64,000 nt of DNA. Source: Octopus sinensis. Lineage: Eukaryota. The DNA lies in the NCBI RefSeq assembly GCF_006345805.1, contig NC_043004.1, positions 6,758,001 to 6,822,000 of the forward strand. Direction: 5' to 3'. The position numbers and the translations under genes are program-made. The notes beneath the pieces are model-generated. The model worked only from the letters and a program-made list of their open reading frames with translations. It was not told the DNA's origin and ran no database searches. How positions within the stretch are numbered: the stretch's first letter is position 1; each line of letters begins with the position of its first letter. Shown in pieces: positions 51,311 through 64,000 of this stretch.

Positions 51311-51855
51311 ATAAAGGAAAATTGCAAAATATTTTTGTTGTCTTGAATATGAAACTAAGTCTATTTAGATGATGAAAGCCTCAAATTCCATCTTTTAAAA
51401 CAATACTAACGAATCCAAAAGACTACTTATTAATGTCAAGGTAACATTTGGGTATTAGTACTTGGGTAGATTTTGCATCCACAAGTAAGGCAAGAGTTAG
51501 GGCAATACCTTCTGATTAATAAGAAAAATAAACATTTAATTAAATTAGGTGTAAGCTGTTCTTGTACTGTTTAATATTCAGTTGCAATTTTAATGAGGAA
51601 CACATGACGGCCCAAAAAAAAAGAAACAAACTGTTGCATAGTTTGTTTCTATTGTTCCGACAGTTGGCTATAAAAAATATTTTTGTTAATTACTTAAAAG
51701 TGTGCATGTTATTGTAAGCTTGTTTGTTAGTTTACGTGTAAGTATATAAGCTGTGTGTTAAAATACAAAAGAGAATGTTAAATGTTTAGCTTTTCTATTG
51801 GTTGAGCATTTGTCATCTCAGAATGTTTACTCAGAACTGTATGTGTGTTTGTAAG

Positions 51856-51896
<41 letters not shown>

Positions 51897-53029
51897 TTTC
51901 AAAGTATTGGTGTCTGATACTAGTATGAAATTTCAAATGTAGTCAATCAAGCAAATAATTGACAAATATTCATAAGCTGTACATGGAAACACATGGCTCC
52001 AGTAATAAGAAAAATTAATGAAATTTACCATTGGAAACATATGGGTATTATTGGCACAGTAAAGCAAGTTGTCACCAGTCGCCAGATGAGCTGAATTTGT
52101 GTGAATAATAATTCAGAGAACCTGATAAATTGGTATAAGTCTGGTGACATAATCAAAGGAAGTTTCAATAGTAAAATTTAACTGCGGTGGTAATTGCTGA
52201 TTGCTGGATTTATTCATGCAAAGCTATTAAATTAAGACTCCAGGATGTGCATGTGGGTAATACTTTATAATTAAGAGGCAAAGCATGGAGATAAATTAAC
52301 TGAAAATAGGTGTCTTTTGTAAAGCTATTAGTATAACAACTATGAAATTTTAACACATTGGAAATGAATTTGGAAAAAAAAATCTTACTTTTCTGCCAGA
52401 ATCTTCTGTAATGACACTTGAATAAAATGAGGATGGATGTTGAATTCCTGGACCACTAAAACTGCCATGGTGACTGTCTGGAATCAGAGACCAAAAAAAT
52501 GATTGTTATTAGTTGCTTCTTTTAAATTACAAAACTTTATAAAGAAGAAACTTAATAGAAAAATAAGGAGGTAAATACAAAATAAAATTCTATATTCTAC
52601 TTTCATAACCCTTGTTTGTAGAGGCAACACAATTATATTTAAAATTTGAAATGTTGGGTAAATATCATCTGCTTGTGAAAAGAGCTAAAATAATATGTAC
52701 AATTATTGAAGAAAGCAACAAAATTTATGTAAAGCAAACGCAAATTTTTAAATAAGTGAAGATAAATCATCATCATCATTTAGAATCTACTTTTACATGC
52801 TCGCATAAGTACCATTGCATACTAGGGTCAATCTAACAGACTGGCTTTCTCCACAAAAATTTCAGGCCTTGTGCCTAGAGTAGAAAAGATTATTTTTTAC
52901 CTATTTTCAAGCAAATATTTCCCCAGACATGGAAATGAACAATCTTGTTTGTATGGCAATGATACTCGTAATGTCTAGACAAGGGTATGCACACACACAC
53001 ACACACACACACACACACCACTACATAAA

Positions 53030-53463
53030 ATGGGCTTCTCTCAGTTTCTATCTATCAAATTCACTCACAAGGTTTCAGTTAACCTGGGCCTAGAGCAGAA
53101 GACACTTGCTCAAGGTACCATGCAGCGGGACTGAACCCAAGACCACATAGTTAGGTAGCAAGCTTCCTGTGTGTGCCCATTTATAATATTTTTTCTTCCC
53201 AGCACTGAATAATTCTTAACAAAAAATTCACTTTTGACATAGAAGGTGATCACTTTCTTTTATTCTTTTACTTGTTTCAGTCATTTGACTGCAACCATGC
53301 TGGAGCACTGCCTTTAGTCAAACTGATCCAAGGATTTATTCTTTGTAAGCCTAGTATTTATTCTTTCGGTCTCTTTTTTTGCTGAACCGCTAAGTTATGG
53401 GGATGTAAACACACCAACATCAGTTGTCAACTGGTGGTGGGAGGGATAAGCACAGACACACAA

Positions 53464-53539
<76 letters not shown>

Positions 53540-53697
53540 ACGAGCTTCTTTCAGTTTTCATCTACCAAATCCACTCAAGGTTTTGGTCGGCCTGAGGCTA
53601 TAGTAGAAGACACTTGGCCAAGGTGCTATGTAATGGAACTGAACCCAGAACCATGTAGTTGGGAAGCATGCTTATCTTACAGCCACTCCTGCACCTA
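53030..53697 (-). mobile_element. SINE A head (53030-53167) and full copy (53258-53697)
   Basis: Homology to family A. Confidence 0.85.
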
Positions 53698-55131
53698 AGT
53701 TCACAATTTTAACAAAGAAAGCATTGAGCAAAGAGAACATTGACAATTTTGATAGACATGGCAGAAAGTTAAGTTCATATGAGTTGGAAACCCTTTTCTA
53801 CTCCCTTTTTCTGTAACTGAAATATAAAGATAATTCAAAGAGAAAAAAAAAATCACCTTCCAAACCACAAGTCAGTTTGACAGAGATGCATTTTACCCAA
53901 CTACACTACCCGTAATTTTCAACTTCAACTAAGGAGACAGAGATTGGAAGGTTTTTAATGGGAAATAGCAAGAGGATAGAAGCTGACAGTTTACCCCTTT
54001 GGTTATTGCATCTCCAGAAAATTTCTATTCAAGTAGAAGAAATTGAATTTGAAAGGTTACAAACAGGACCAAGTATATCAATCAGTTACATAATTTAAGG
54101 CATAAGAGATGCAGAATCAAATTTAAATTGAAGAGACTGAAATGTTTACACAGGCATACTGGTTTAAGGTTTACTTGCAAAATGAAGAAATTACATAATA
54201 AATTGATTTTATCTCTGCAAACTTTCTGAAGGTAAACATTTCACTTGCATGTGATGTAAATATTTACCATCTCCAGATCTTTTAAACAGTGCAATTTTCT
54301 GCTTAAAGTGGCTCTCTTGCACAAGTTAATGTTACAATTTTACATAAGAAGTTCTTCTCAAGTTAACAACAACATATTGAAAATGGCAAAGATTTTGATG
54401 GTGATGATGGTGGTGATGATAATGGTTATGATGGTGAATGGCAGTGGAGGTGGTGGTGAAAGGTGGTGTGTTGGTGAAATTAAATTGAAGAAAACACAAC
54501 TGATTATATTACGGTTCCATCAATGCAAACACCAAACTAGTAAATGGTGACAAAACAACACTCTGACATTCTACATTAAAACTCATTTATCCTCGCCAGA
54601 CAGGATGGAATTGTAATAACAATAAACAGTAATGCTTAATGCAAATGACTCCATCGTCTTCGAGACCAATAATTGGTGCGGAAGATTTTTAATAAAAAAA
54701 AAAAAAATTTTAAGTAAACTCAGTTTTCTATTCATTTTTCCTTCAACATTTTCTTATATGAGTCTGTAGAGTTTTGAATAGAAGTTAGGAAATATTCCAT
54801 TTAGTAGTTTTACAGACTTTCAAAATCTAAATTAAGGGATTTGTATCTTTGATGCCTTTCAAATTCTATATATTCATCTATTAGGATTATCATCATCATC
54901 ATTTAATGCCCACTTTTCCATGCTAGCATGGGTCAGATGGAATTTGTTGAGGCAGATTTTCTAAGGCCATATAGCATTCCTCTCACCAACACTCACCTGT
55001 TCCTAAGCAATGGTAATATTTCCCTATGGCCAGGTTTTTCACAGAAGATTGGAAACAAACAATCTAGTTTGTGTGGCAGTGGCACTTGCACATACACACA
55101 CACACACATGCACAATGTGTTTCTTTCAGTT

Positions 55132-55349
55132 TCTTATTTCTTTATTGCCCACAAGGAGCGAAACACAGAGGGGACAGACAACAGGATTAAGTTGATTACA
55201 CCGACCCCAGTGCGTAACTGGTACTTAATTTATTGACCCTGAAAGGATGAAAGGCAAAGTTGAACTCGGCGAAATTTGAACTAAGAACATAATGGCAATG
55301 AAATACCGCTAAGCATTTCACTTGGTGTGCTAACGTTTCTGCCAGCTCG
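55132..55349 (-). mobile_element. SINE B
   Basis: Homology to 10703-10930. Inserted within a SINE A; TTTCTTTCAGTTTCT occurs on both sides. Confidence 0.85.
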
Positions 55350-55528
55350 TTTCTTTCAGTTTCTATCTACCAAATCCACTCACAAGGCTTTGGTCAGCCC
55401 AGGGTTATAGTAGAAGATACTTGCCCAAGATGCCATGCAGTGGGACCAAATTCAAAGCCACATGGTTGGGAATCAAACTTCTTAAGCATACAGATTAGTC
55501 AAGAGAGTACTAGCTTGGCTTCTGTAAC

Positions 55529-55734
55529 TTAACCCATTTGATACCAGCAAACCCAAGACCACTCTTTGGTCTAAGATACAAACTTACAATAATCTGAATT
55601 AAAATTATATTTATAGTTTCATGTTTAACTTATGTTCCAAACTCCAGCTTAAAAACAACAGAATTATTTTACTAAACTTTTCATTATTTTCAAAATGAAT
55701 TAAAATAAAGACAATAGGGGAACACAAAGGTTAA
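55529..55734 (-). mobile_element. piggyBac-type MITE related to family 2, diverged
   Basis: TTAACCCATTTGATACC ... AAAGGTTAA; internal similarity to 33570-33798. Confidence 0.55.
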
Positions 55735-57049
55735 TGCAAAGGTAAAGTTGTGCACATGTCATTGCAAATAAAAACAAAAAAATATCAAAAAACCTTATGC
55801 AAATGGTGTAGGAGTGGCTCTGTGGTAAGTAGCTTGCTTACCAACCAAATGGTTCTGTGTTCAATCCCACTGTGTAGCACCTTGGGCAAATATCTTCTAC
55901 TATAGCTTCAGGCCAACCAAGGCCTTGTCAGTGGATTTGACAGACCGAAACTGAAAGAAGCCTGTCGTGTGTGTTTGTGTTTGTGAATAAAGAATAAAAT
56001 AATAAATGAAAAATGGCCAAATGAATAGCAGAACCTGTAGTAAAGACACAAACAGGTTATCGGCAAATACTGAAATTGCTTTGTTTTTGGATAGTTTGTT
56101 GCTTACGATAATCTGCATCTATCGTTTTAGTTTTGGCTTTTTTTACAGCAAAGTATTAACACATCATTTAAATATTTAAATGCAGAGACACAGACATGGC
56201 TGCATGGTTAAGAAGTTTGCTTTCCAATCCCATAGTTCCAGGTCCAGCCCCACTGCATGGAACCTTAGGTGAGTGTCTTCTACTACAGCTCTGCGCTGGC
56301 GAAAGCCTTGTGAGTGGATTTGACAGATGGACGTTGAAAAAAGCCCATCATCATCGGTCAACGTCTGCCTTCCATACTGGCATGAGTTGGATGGTTTGAC
56401 AGGAGCTGGCCAGGAAAGAGCTTGCACCAAATTCCTGTGTCCGTTTTGGCACAGTTTTTACAGCTGGATACACTTCCTAACACCAACCACCTAGTAGAGT
56501 GTATATATATATGTGTACACGCGTGTGTGTGTATATATGTGTGAATATATATATATATATATATGCACACACACACATATGCATATGAATATATGTATGT
56601 GTATGTGAGAGAGAGTGTGTGTGTGTAGATCTGTGTTTCTTTGTCTCAACATCACAACTGTTGTGACTGCCATTCATTTCTAATGAATGTCATTATGTAA
56701 ACATTTCTGGAGAAACATTACCTTACTTGTAAACAGGAAAAGACTCACAACAAGAAGAGCACCTGACTGTAGCAAATCTACCTCAGTAAACTCTGTCCAA
56801 CCCATGCAAGCATGGAAAAGTAGATGTTAAAAGGATGATGATAGCTTCTATAGATTACAAAGATTATCAGTTGGTTATAAAAGTAGAATATAATTTTATG
56901 TATTTAAATCATTTTGTTTAACTACTACATGGCACTCTACCCTATTAGAGGGTGCCTCTATATGGTTGTCTGACTACCTAGATATAATAGTCAAATCTCT
57001 CTCTCAAATCACACCCTACCATCATAAAAACAAGAAAGATATATAGATA

Positions 57050-57383
57050 GGGGGGCTCTGAAAGGAGTCTCAGGGAGTAGCGTCCCTGCCTTCCTGATCT
57101 AGTTTTCCACCACATTTCTTAAAAATTATGGTAGAGGCCTTGGTCTTGGGACCACTCATGTCTAGAAACTGAGGTTGGCAGTAAGCAAGGGCATGCTCAC
57201 CGTAGAAAATCCAGCTCGAAAAAAGCCTCATGATAGCAAAGGAGAATGGGTACCAGCCAACCCCAAGGCAGAGGTGGGCTGTACTTGCCTACCTTGGTTG
57301 CTATGGCATTGAGGTAGATCTGGCCACCCCCATTAACAGGGACAAAACCCGGATTTAAAACGCTGGATGATGATGATGATGAC
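57050..57383 (+). mobile_element. RTE-related short retroposon with (GAT)n tail
   Basis: GC-rich block with GTTGGCAGTAAGCAAGGGCATG (related to the family C core), ending TTAAAACGCTG(GAT)n. Confidence 0.55.
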
Positions 57384-58293
57384 ACATAAGATAATACAAT
57401 TTCAGACATCCCTAAAAGAAAAAAAAAAGGGATGGTCACAGCTGGAATGCCTTTGATTATAGGACTGCTTGATTAAGATTGATCTATTGCTACACTGCAA
57501 CTCACTGGTGCATACAAAATTATATTAAATCAGACAAAAGCATGGTTTTTTTGAAAGAGCTAGTCCTGCAAGTCATTTCAAAATATTCGATTGGTTTGTT
57601 TAGCTACAGATGACTAAATGTTATTTAACATTGGGAATAGCAAAGTTTGCTCCAGTGTTCTTATAACAGCCATGAACTGGCTCCATTTGATGTCAGTAAC
57701 CATCGAAAAATGGATATAAAAATAAATAAGTACAATGGTGATGATGATGATAATGACAGTGATAATAATGACACTGATGATGACAATGACAATAATAATG
57801 ATGTTAATGATGATGGTGATGATGACATTATGATGATGATGATGATAATAATGACAATGTGATGAACTAAGTAATGGAAATGTTGTAATTTTTCCAAATT
57901 AAGTTGGCAGGTGTTATACTGATAATTGTACCAAATATTTTTTTTTAAACAGAAGTTAAATGAGGATTGATTAGATCAAGCACACGTTGAGCCTGAACTC
58001 AAGTTACAAATTTCAGCTGCATTTTTTGTTTTATTTTTTATTTCCTAGAAATTAGTCAAGAGTGATAAAAAAAAAAAGTTTCACATCTTTTTTTAATATA
58101 AATACTATCACCATTTTAGAAACTACAGAAAATAATAATTATCAAAATACAAATTATCCAAGTTGCTCGAAAACTTTTAACATTTTTCAATATTGAAATT
58201 ATGAAGCTATAGCTAAACAATACATTCTGAAGTTTATATTTTGAAGTTTTTTTTTTGTTATTTTTCTTTAATTTTAATGTATTTTGGTTATAT

Positions 58294-58538
58294 CTTTTAT
58301 CTTGTACTTGTTTCAGTCATTTGACTGCGGCCATGCTGGGGCAGCTTCTCAAAGGATTTTAGATGAACAAATTGACAACACAACTTTTTTTTAATAGCTT
58401 AGTACTTTTTCTATCGGTCTCTTTTGCTGAACCACTAAGTTACAGAGATGTAAATACACCAACATCATTTATTAAGTGGGGATGGGAGGTAAAAAGTCAC
58501 ACACAGATACATACATCAATATATACATTATATTATAT

Positions 58539-58569
<31 letters not shown>

Positions 58570-58925
58570 AATACAAAATGGGACAAGAACGCAAAACATT
58601 CAAATAGACGATACAAAAAACACGAACAGGTCATTCAAAGCCTCTAATCTTCAGTCAAGAACTGGATCATCCTCGCAATTTCAGCTGATTAATCTTGAGA
58701 TTGCTCCAATTTGGCCAGCCCCAAGGAAAAACTAAGCTACGAGCATTAGATTTACACACACACACAATGGGTTTCTTTCAGTTTCCATCTATCAAATGCA
58801 CTCACAACATTTTGGTTGGACTGAGGCTAAAGAAGAAGACACTTGTCCAAGGTGCCACAAAGTGAGACTGAACCCAGAACCATGTGTTTGGGAGTTAAGC
58901 TTCTCACCACACAACCATGTCTGCA
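58294..58925 (-). mobile_element. SINE A with nested insert
   Basis: Homology to family A. Further head-only copies at ~4630-4800, 20746-20882, 25975-26093, 42330-42490, 55350-55493, 55805-55970, 56190-56350 and 60642-60759. Confidence 0.8.
58568..58753. mobile_element. Short insert in the (TA)n tract of a SINE
   Basis: Unique ~185 bp that interrupts the central microsatellite of SINE 58294-58925. Confidence 0.5.
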
Positions 58926-58980
58926 TCAATTAGAATAGAAATATATAATGCATACAGATATACTACAACAAAACTACATG

Positions 58981-59309
58981 CTGCAGATGGAAAAGGACAG
59001 CCAGTAAAGTATTTTAACACATATTCACTGAAAATCTAACCACCATTTATGGGTTAAGTTTATGGCTGTCATAGTTAGTTAAAAACATTTGAAGTTTACT
59101 TTTTAAAGCTTTATCTTTTTTTTAACAAACATTTTTGATGTATTTTAATAATATAGTATACAAATATATCATACATGCAAATGTATAATAACTCTTCATA
59201 CTGCAGTTGGAAAAGAGCAGCAGGGCAAATATTTTAATATGTGTTTTACTGAAGTATAACCACCATGAATGGGTTAAGTTCATGCCTGTCATAGCTAGTT
59301 AAAAACATT
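58981..59309 (+). repeat. Diverged direct repeat (~58981-59089 and ~59201-59309)
   Basis: CTGCAG.TGGAAAAG...TAACCACCAT..ATGGGTTAAGTT.ATG.CTGTCATAG.TAGTTAAAAACATT occurs twice. Confidence 0.85.
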
Positions 59310-60500
59310 AATGGACAAAGGAAGGCATGTGTGTGTCAAATTGTTGTAGATATTTTATATGAATTATGATAGAAGATAGAAAAACATTCTCAGATAAAAC
59401 CTTACAAAAAAAGTATTACATGACATTCATCCAATGTTTAAAAACATTTCTTCAAACATCAAAGGAAGGTGATGTAATTCTGTCTTTGATATGAAATATT
59501 GGGTTGGTCTATGTTCAGGGAGAATATGTAAAGAATTAAGTATAACTTTTTAGAATCAAACCAAAATACAAATGCTGAGCATAACTGTCAGCAGTTGGAA
59601 AATTTCTAGCTAAGTTCTTAAAAATAAGCACCTATAGCTTATATCTAAAAAGCCATTGTTTTTGATCAGGACAAAAACCCGACTAGATATTTTGGAGATG
59701 TTTCTGTAAACATTAATGGAACACAACAAAAATTCTGTTCGGTGTTCTCTCTAGACTTGGCACCAGTCATTCTGATTGGTGCAGACTTAACTTACAGGTT
59801 AAAAAGAAATCTAAAGCATTTATGAATGCCAAAATAGTCGTGATGTTCTTGGATAAAAGAAGATTTTTAATAAGAAATATGCATCAGTAATCTGCTCTTA
59901 TAAAACTACAAAAAGTGTTGTTTTTTTTTTACGTGGGCTGCAGTGGAGACGGAGGAGGTTGTGTTAAAATGTCAATGTAACCCAGCATTGAACTCTGAGG
60001 CAAAAATTTAAAGCTCAATAACTGCTTACATTTTAATTAATGATTTTCTTTTTTTCATTTGATAAAATGCTTTTACATCCTTTTAAGTAATATGAACCAA
60101 ATTAAATTAAAATTTATGCTAACAGAAAAATAATATATATATTTGGTGTTTGTATTTGGTTTCCAAGATTCTCGAAGTGAACTTATGTGTTGAAACAGGT
60201 TTTCTTGTATCTTGGGGAGGGTCAAAGGACAGCGCTGTGTTCCAGTGTCTGCGTTGGCAAGGTTTCATGGTTTCTGTGGCTGAAAGCTGTTCTTAACACT
60301 AACCTTCACCTATTTCAAAATAAGGTAATATTTCACCATGGTCAGATATGTTTTTGCAGCAGGCTAAAACCAAAGGACACTGCTTGCATAACAGTGACAC
60401 TCATCAACAACTATTAAACGAAGTCAAGGTGAGAAGATGGTAACACACATATACATACATATATGTATGTTTGTGTGTGTGTCTCTCTCTCTCTCTCTCA

Positions 60501-60551
<51 letters not shown>

Positions 60552-61871
60552 AACACACATGCACACACACATATATACATACATACACACACATACATAT
60601 ATATATATATACATACATACATACATAGATACACACACACACGGCTTTGGTCAGCTTGGGGCTATATTAGATGACACTTGCCCAAGGTGCCATTAAATGG
60701 AACTGAACCTGAGATCACATGGTTGGGAAGCAAACTTCTTACCACACAGCTACACCTACACATAAATACATATTTGTGTGTGTGTGTGTGTGTGTATATA
60801 TATTTGTTTTTTTGCAGTAAACCATTTGGATATTAAGTATGCAGTCTACCTCTCATCAACATCTCTAAGCAGAACAAATTATAATTATAGGTTAGACAAA
60901 AATCAAAAGCAATTACAAGAAAAACAAACTGCAGATTAAAGTATTTTCCCACACCTACGTAGATAAACAAAAAAAAAAAGTTTCATTTAGGTATTTAAGC
61001 ACTAATGGAAAATACATCTAAACACTAACTACACATATAAAGAAAAATTTCGTTCAGTTTTCATTTAACTTTTGGGGTTATCATACTGGATCAAATATGC
61101 AATGGAGGGGAGAGGAGCAAATTAAACATAATCAAACTTGTTTTTATTAAAGAGAAAAAAAAAAGCAGAAAATGTATGATCAAAAGATAAACTTTAACAA
61201 TTATAGCAAAACCAGTTCGTTATAAAAGTTGCATACAATAAACTGAATTGAATTACACTTTAGTTAGGTAACTACGTGATATCCTTTAGGTTTTGGATTC
61301 CAATGTATTGAATATATAAAGCAAAAAGAACAGGTTTTTAACTGGAGGTGAGGGTGGTGGTGCTGTTGTTTGTTTACATTTAATGCACCTGTATCTGTTT
61401 ACATTCACATCTACAAGCATACACTTTTGTATATTTTAAAAACTGATTTTTTTAATCGTTTATTTTTTATTTATTATGTATGATTAAACTCATAATTCTA
61501 ACTTGTTTTAGATTTAAGTCTCCAAAGTTAACAGAAATCAAGAAAAAAAAAAAAATCAAAAGTCCTTCCTGACCCAAAGTTCCTTCCCGAACTGGTCAGT
61601 TGCAAGATTACTCATCTATATTTATATATAGTCTCTCTCCCACATTCATCGTGTGTGTCTGCGTGTGTGTAATAGTAATGGTGATAATAATAATAATATG
61701 GTTAATCAGAAGATGTTAAGGAGTTATTCTGGAGTTTATTTATATACAGGTACAGAAAGTTTTCAAATTTCTCAAGGAAATGAAATGAAATGGAATAGAT
61801 GAATCTTATTATTATTACCAATATACTATTTTGTACACTATCAAAGACATTATATTCACACACACACACAC

Positions 61872-61985
<114 letters not shown>

Positions 61986-62030
61986 TATGTGTGAGTGCAT
62001 GTATACTACATATACATGAACAGATCTGCT

Positions 62031-62239
62031 TGTATTTGGGTATATAGACTCGTCTTTGAACTGGCTGTAATATCCAATAAACAACTGTAATTGACTCTCA
62101 CTCACTCACTCATATATATATACATATATATATACACACACACACATACATCCATACACACACACACACACACACACAATTATGGTTGTTTATTGGTTAT
62201 CACAGCCAGTTCAAAGATTAGTTTATATGCCTACATATA
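62031..62239 (+). repeat. Imperfect ~60-bp inverted repeat enclosing a microsatellite loop
   Basis: 62031-62093 pairs with 62177-62239. Most non-Watson-Crick positions are G-U on the + strand. Confidence 0.85.
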
Positions 62240-63526
62240 CGTGTGTGTGTGTTCTGCCTTCTACAGTCAATAATTCATACAATAAACAATGGGTATGTGG
62301 AAACACCATGGTAATATTCCACATCTAAGTTTAATCTATTTACTTATTATGAATGATAGTAGATTGCTGATAGTATTGATATATAACTTGAGTTAGTAAT
62401 TAGTATAGCTGCAGTGGTATTTATAGAGCACATTTCATAGTACTAGTGGCTTGCAGTGGTATTCATATAGTAGAATTCATAGAACTAGTGGTGGTACTTG
62501 TATAATGATGAAGATGATGATGGTGATAGTAGTTTAGTAATCACATCGTCATAGTCATAGTAGTGGTGATAGCAGAGTAGAACAGTAATAATAGATGTGT
62601 TTAGTGGTAAGTAATTATTCCAACAGTAGTGGTAATAATAAATCAAAGAAACCGTCTACTCTTGGGAATTCTGTCCACCTGCCAATGACCATTAAGAATT
62701 TAGAGCAAAAGGGTTGTAGAAGACTTTATGTGACTATTCTCCATAAATTATTGACATACCAGTTGCCAAGAACTCTTACTATAGCAGAGAAAACTGAAAT
62801 CTGGATTGATACCAGCCAAATCTCTTTTTAGCTTACTATCAGAAGCTCTTGTGATAAGAGGACAAATTGGCTATTGCCAATAGAAATCTCATTTATCAGA
62901 TAACTTGTAAGCTCCATAAACCAATGAAAGATCTCCGCTCATTAGAAATCTAAAAACAAAAGGATCAAAGTGAATGGATGGCATATATGAAACACAGCAG
63001 AAGCAAACCTGTTTAATGGTTAAATCTTCACAGGAAGCAATACAAAAGTGCTCAGTAAATTAGAAACTGAAGTCTATAACTGCAGTTCTTGCTGCCACTA
63101 CCGCTACAGCTGCTGCCACCACCACCACCACCACTAATAATAATAATGATAATACTAATAAACAGTTTACGTTTTAAAAGTAGAACATGCACTGAAGTGA
63201 TACATCGAGGTGATATTTAATTAATGTACACAAATCATGATTCAGAGAAATGTATTAAATCAATTTGGTTCAGTCCCTTTATCATATGTCTTCCAAACAG
63301 AAAATTGTAACTTTTCTTGATCCATATTATAACCAGAGAATTATATATATCTTACTTCACACCTCACTGCCTTGTATATATCATGGCTACACAATAAAGG
63401 CTATGTTTCTGCTGCATGCATCATATAAATCTGTCATCTAGATGGTAGGAAAGAATTATCTGTTGCCAGCAAGAAATTTCTTCTGAATTTACTAGAAATG
63501 ATGGGGAAAAGGAAAAAAAGAAAAAT

Positions 63527-63754
63527 TCAACCTTTTAGCATACAGATTATTCTGTCAAATGTAATGTATATTTATTTCACATTGTTTTGAATTAATCATT
63601 CATTATCTTGTGACTTTGAGATTTCGATGATGTGATTGTTTCTTTTTAGAATGACAGTGTAGGATAGGTGTGAGAGACTGAATCTGGCTGGTTTGAACAG
63701 AAAACAGATAGAATATTTGAGCTAAACATGGCTGTTTAAGTGTTAAAGGGTTAA
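63527..63754 (+). mobile_element. piggyBac-type MITE family 1
   Basis: Same internal sequence as 43116-43342; ends AAAGGGTTAA. Confidence 0.75.
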
Positions 63755-64000
63755 TGTCTACTATTGGTCATAAATTATCATTTAAGGTGACTTCATAAAA
63801 CATTGAATACAGAACATTGACAGATTGGATTATAAATTGAAGCATCTGATAATTAAAATATGCATTATAAAAATTTCATTTCTATACAGAAATGCAATGA
63901 AAATGGAATTATAAAAAATGTATAATGACAAGTAATAGCCAATAGACCAGAAAAGATTTAAAAAATAAATACTTGAATTGAAGCTGTTAAAGTTGATATT

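Larger units (their letters stand above)
48613..51700 (+). repeat. Diverged direct repeat (~48613-48900 and ~51370-51700)
   Basis: Shared colinear blocks GCCTCAAATTCCA, AGGTGTAAGCTGTT, TTTAATATTCAGT, AAACTGTTGCATAGTTT and AGTTGGCTAT. Confidence 0.8.

Noticed and set aside
58630-58690. Minus-strand CTGAAGA with nearby GAAAT/GAAT
   Set aside because: No consistent stems I-III around the core boxes.
62595-63177. ORF 62595-62831 and a TAG-interrupted frame at 62974-63177 (stop recoding by A-to-I editing?)
   Set aside because: No recognisable domain, low-complexity tail and no splice support; readthrough is pure speculation.

Overview
AT-rich eukaryotic genomic DNA. The SINE repertoire and the density of (TA)n/(CA)n/(GA)n/(ATC)n microsatellites point to an octopus (cephalopod) genome; this is inferred from repeat recognition, not a database search. 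No intact protein-coding gene is evident. Almost every ORF in the track is a microsatellite or SINE artefact, and the window reads as a large intron or intergenic region with a few weak + strand exon candidates. Repeats recognised: dozens of copies of three SINE families, a near full-length decayed mariner (23788-25032), R4/Dong, RTE and CR1/Jockey-like LINE relics, and piggyBac-, hAT- and Tc1/Tc2-type MITEs. The main unexplained signal is a set of short elements, most inserted in or beside (TA)n tracts. They carry minimal type I hammerhead ribozyme motifs (8 found by eye, from about 6 unrelated sequence families; 4 have an intact CUGANGA/GAAA/NUH core) and/or long inverted arms that fold back. 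This matches non-autonomous Penelope-like retroelement / retrozyme-type insertions. A separate ~60 bp stem at 62031-62239 has a strong G-U bias, suggesting a + strand RNA structure under selection. Repeat boundaries are approximate (about +/-10-20 nt) unless motif coordinates are given.
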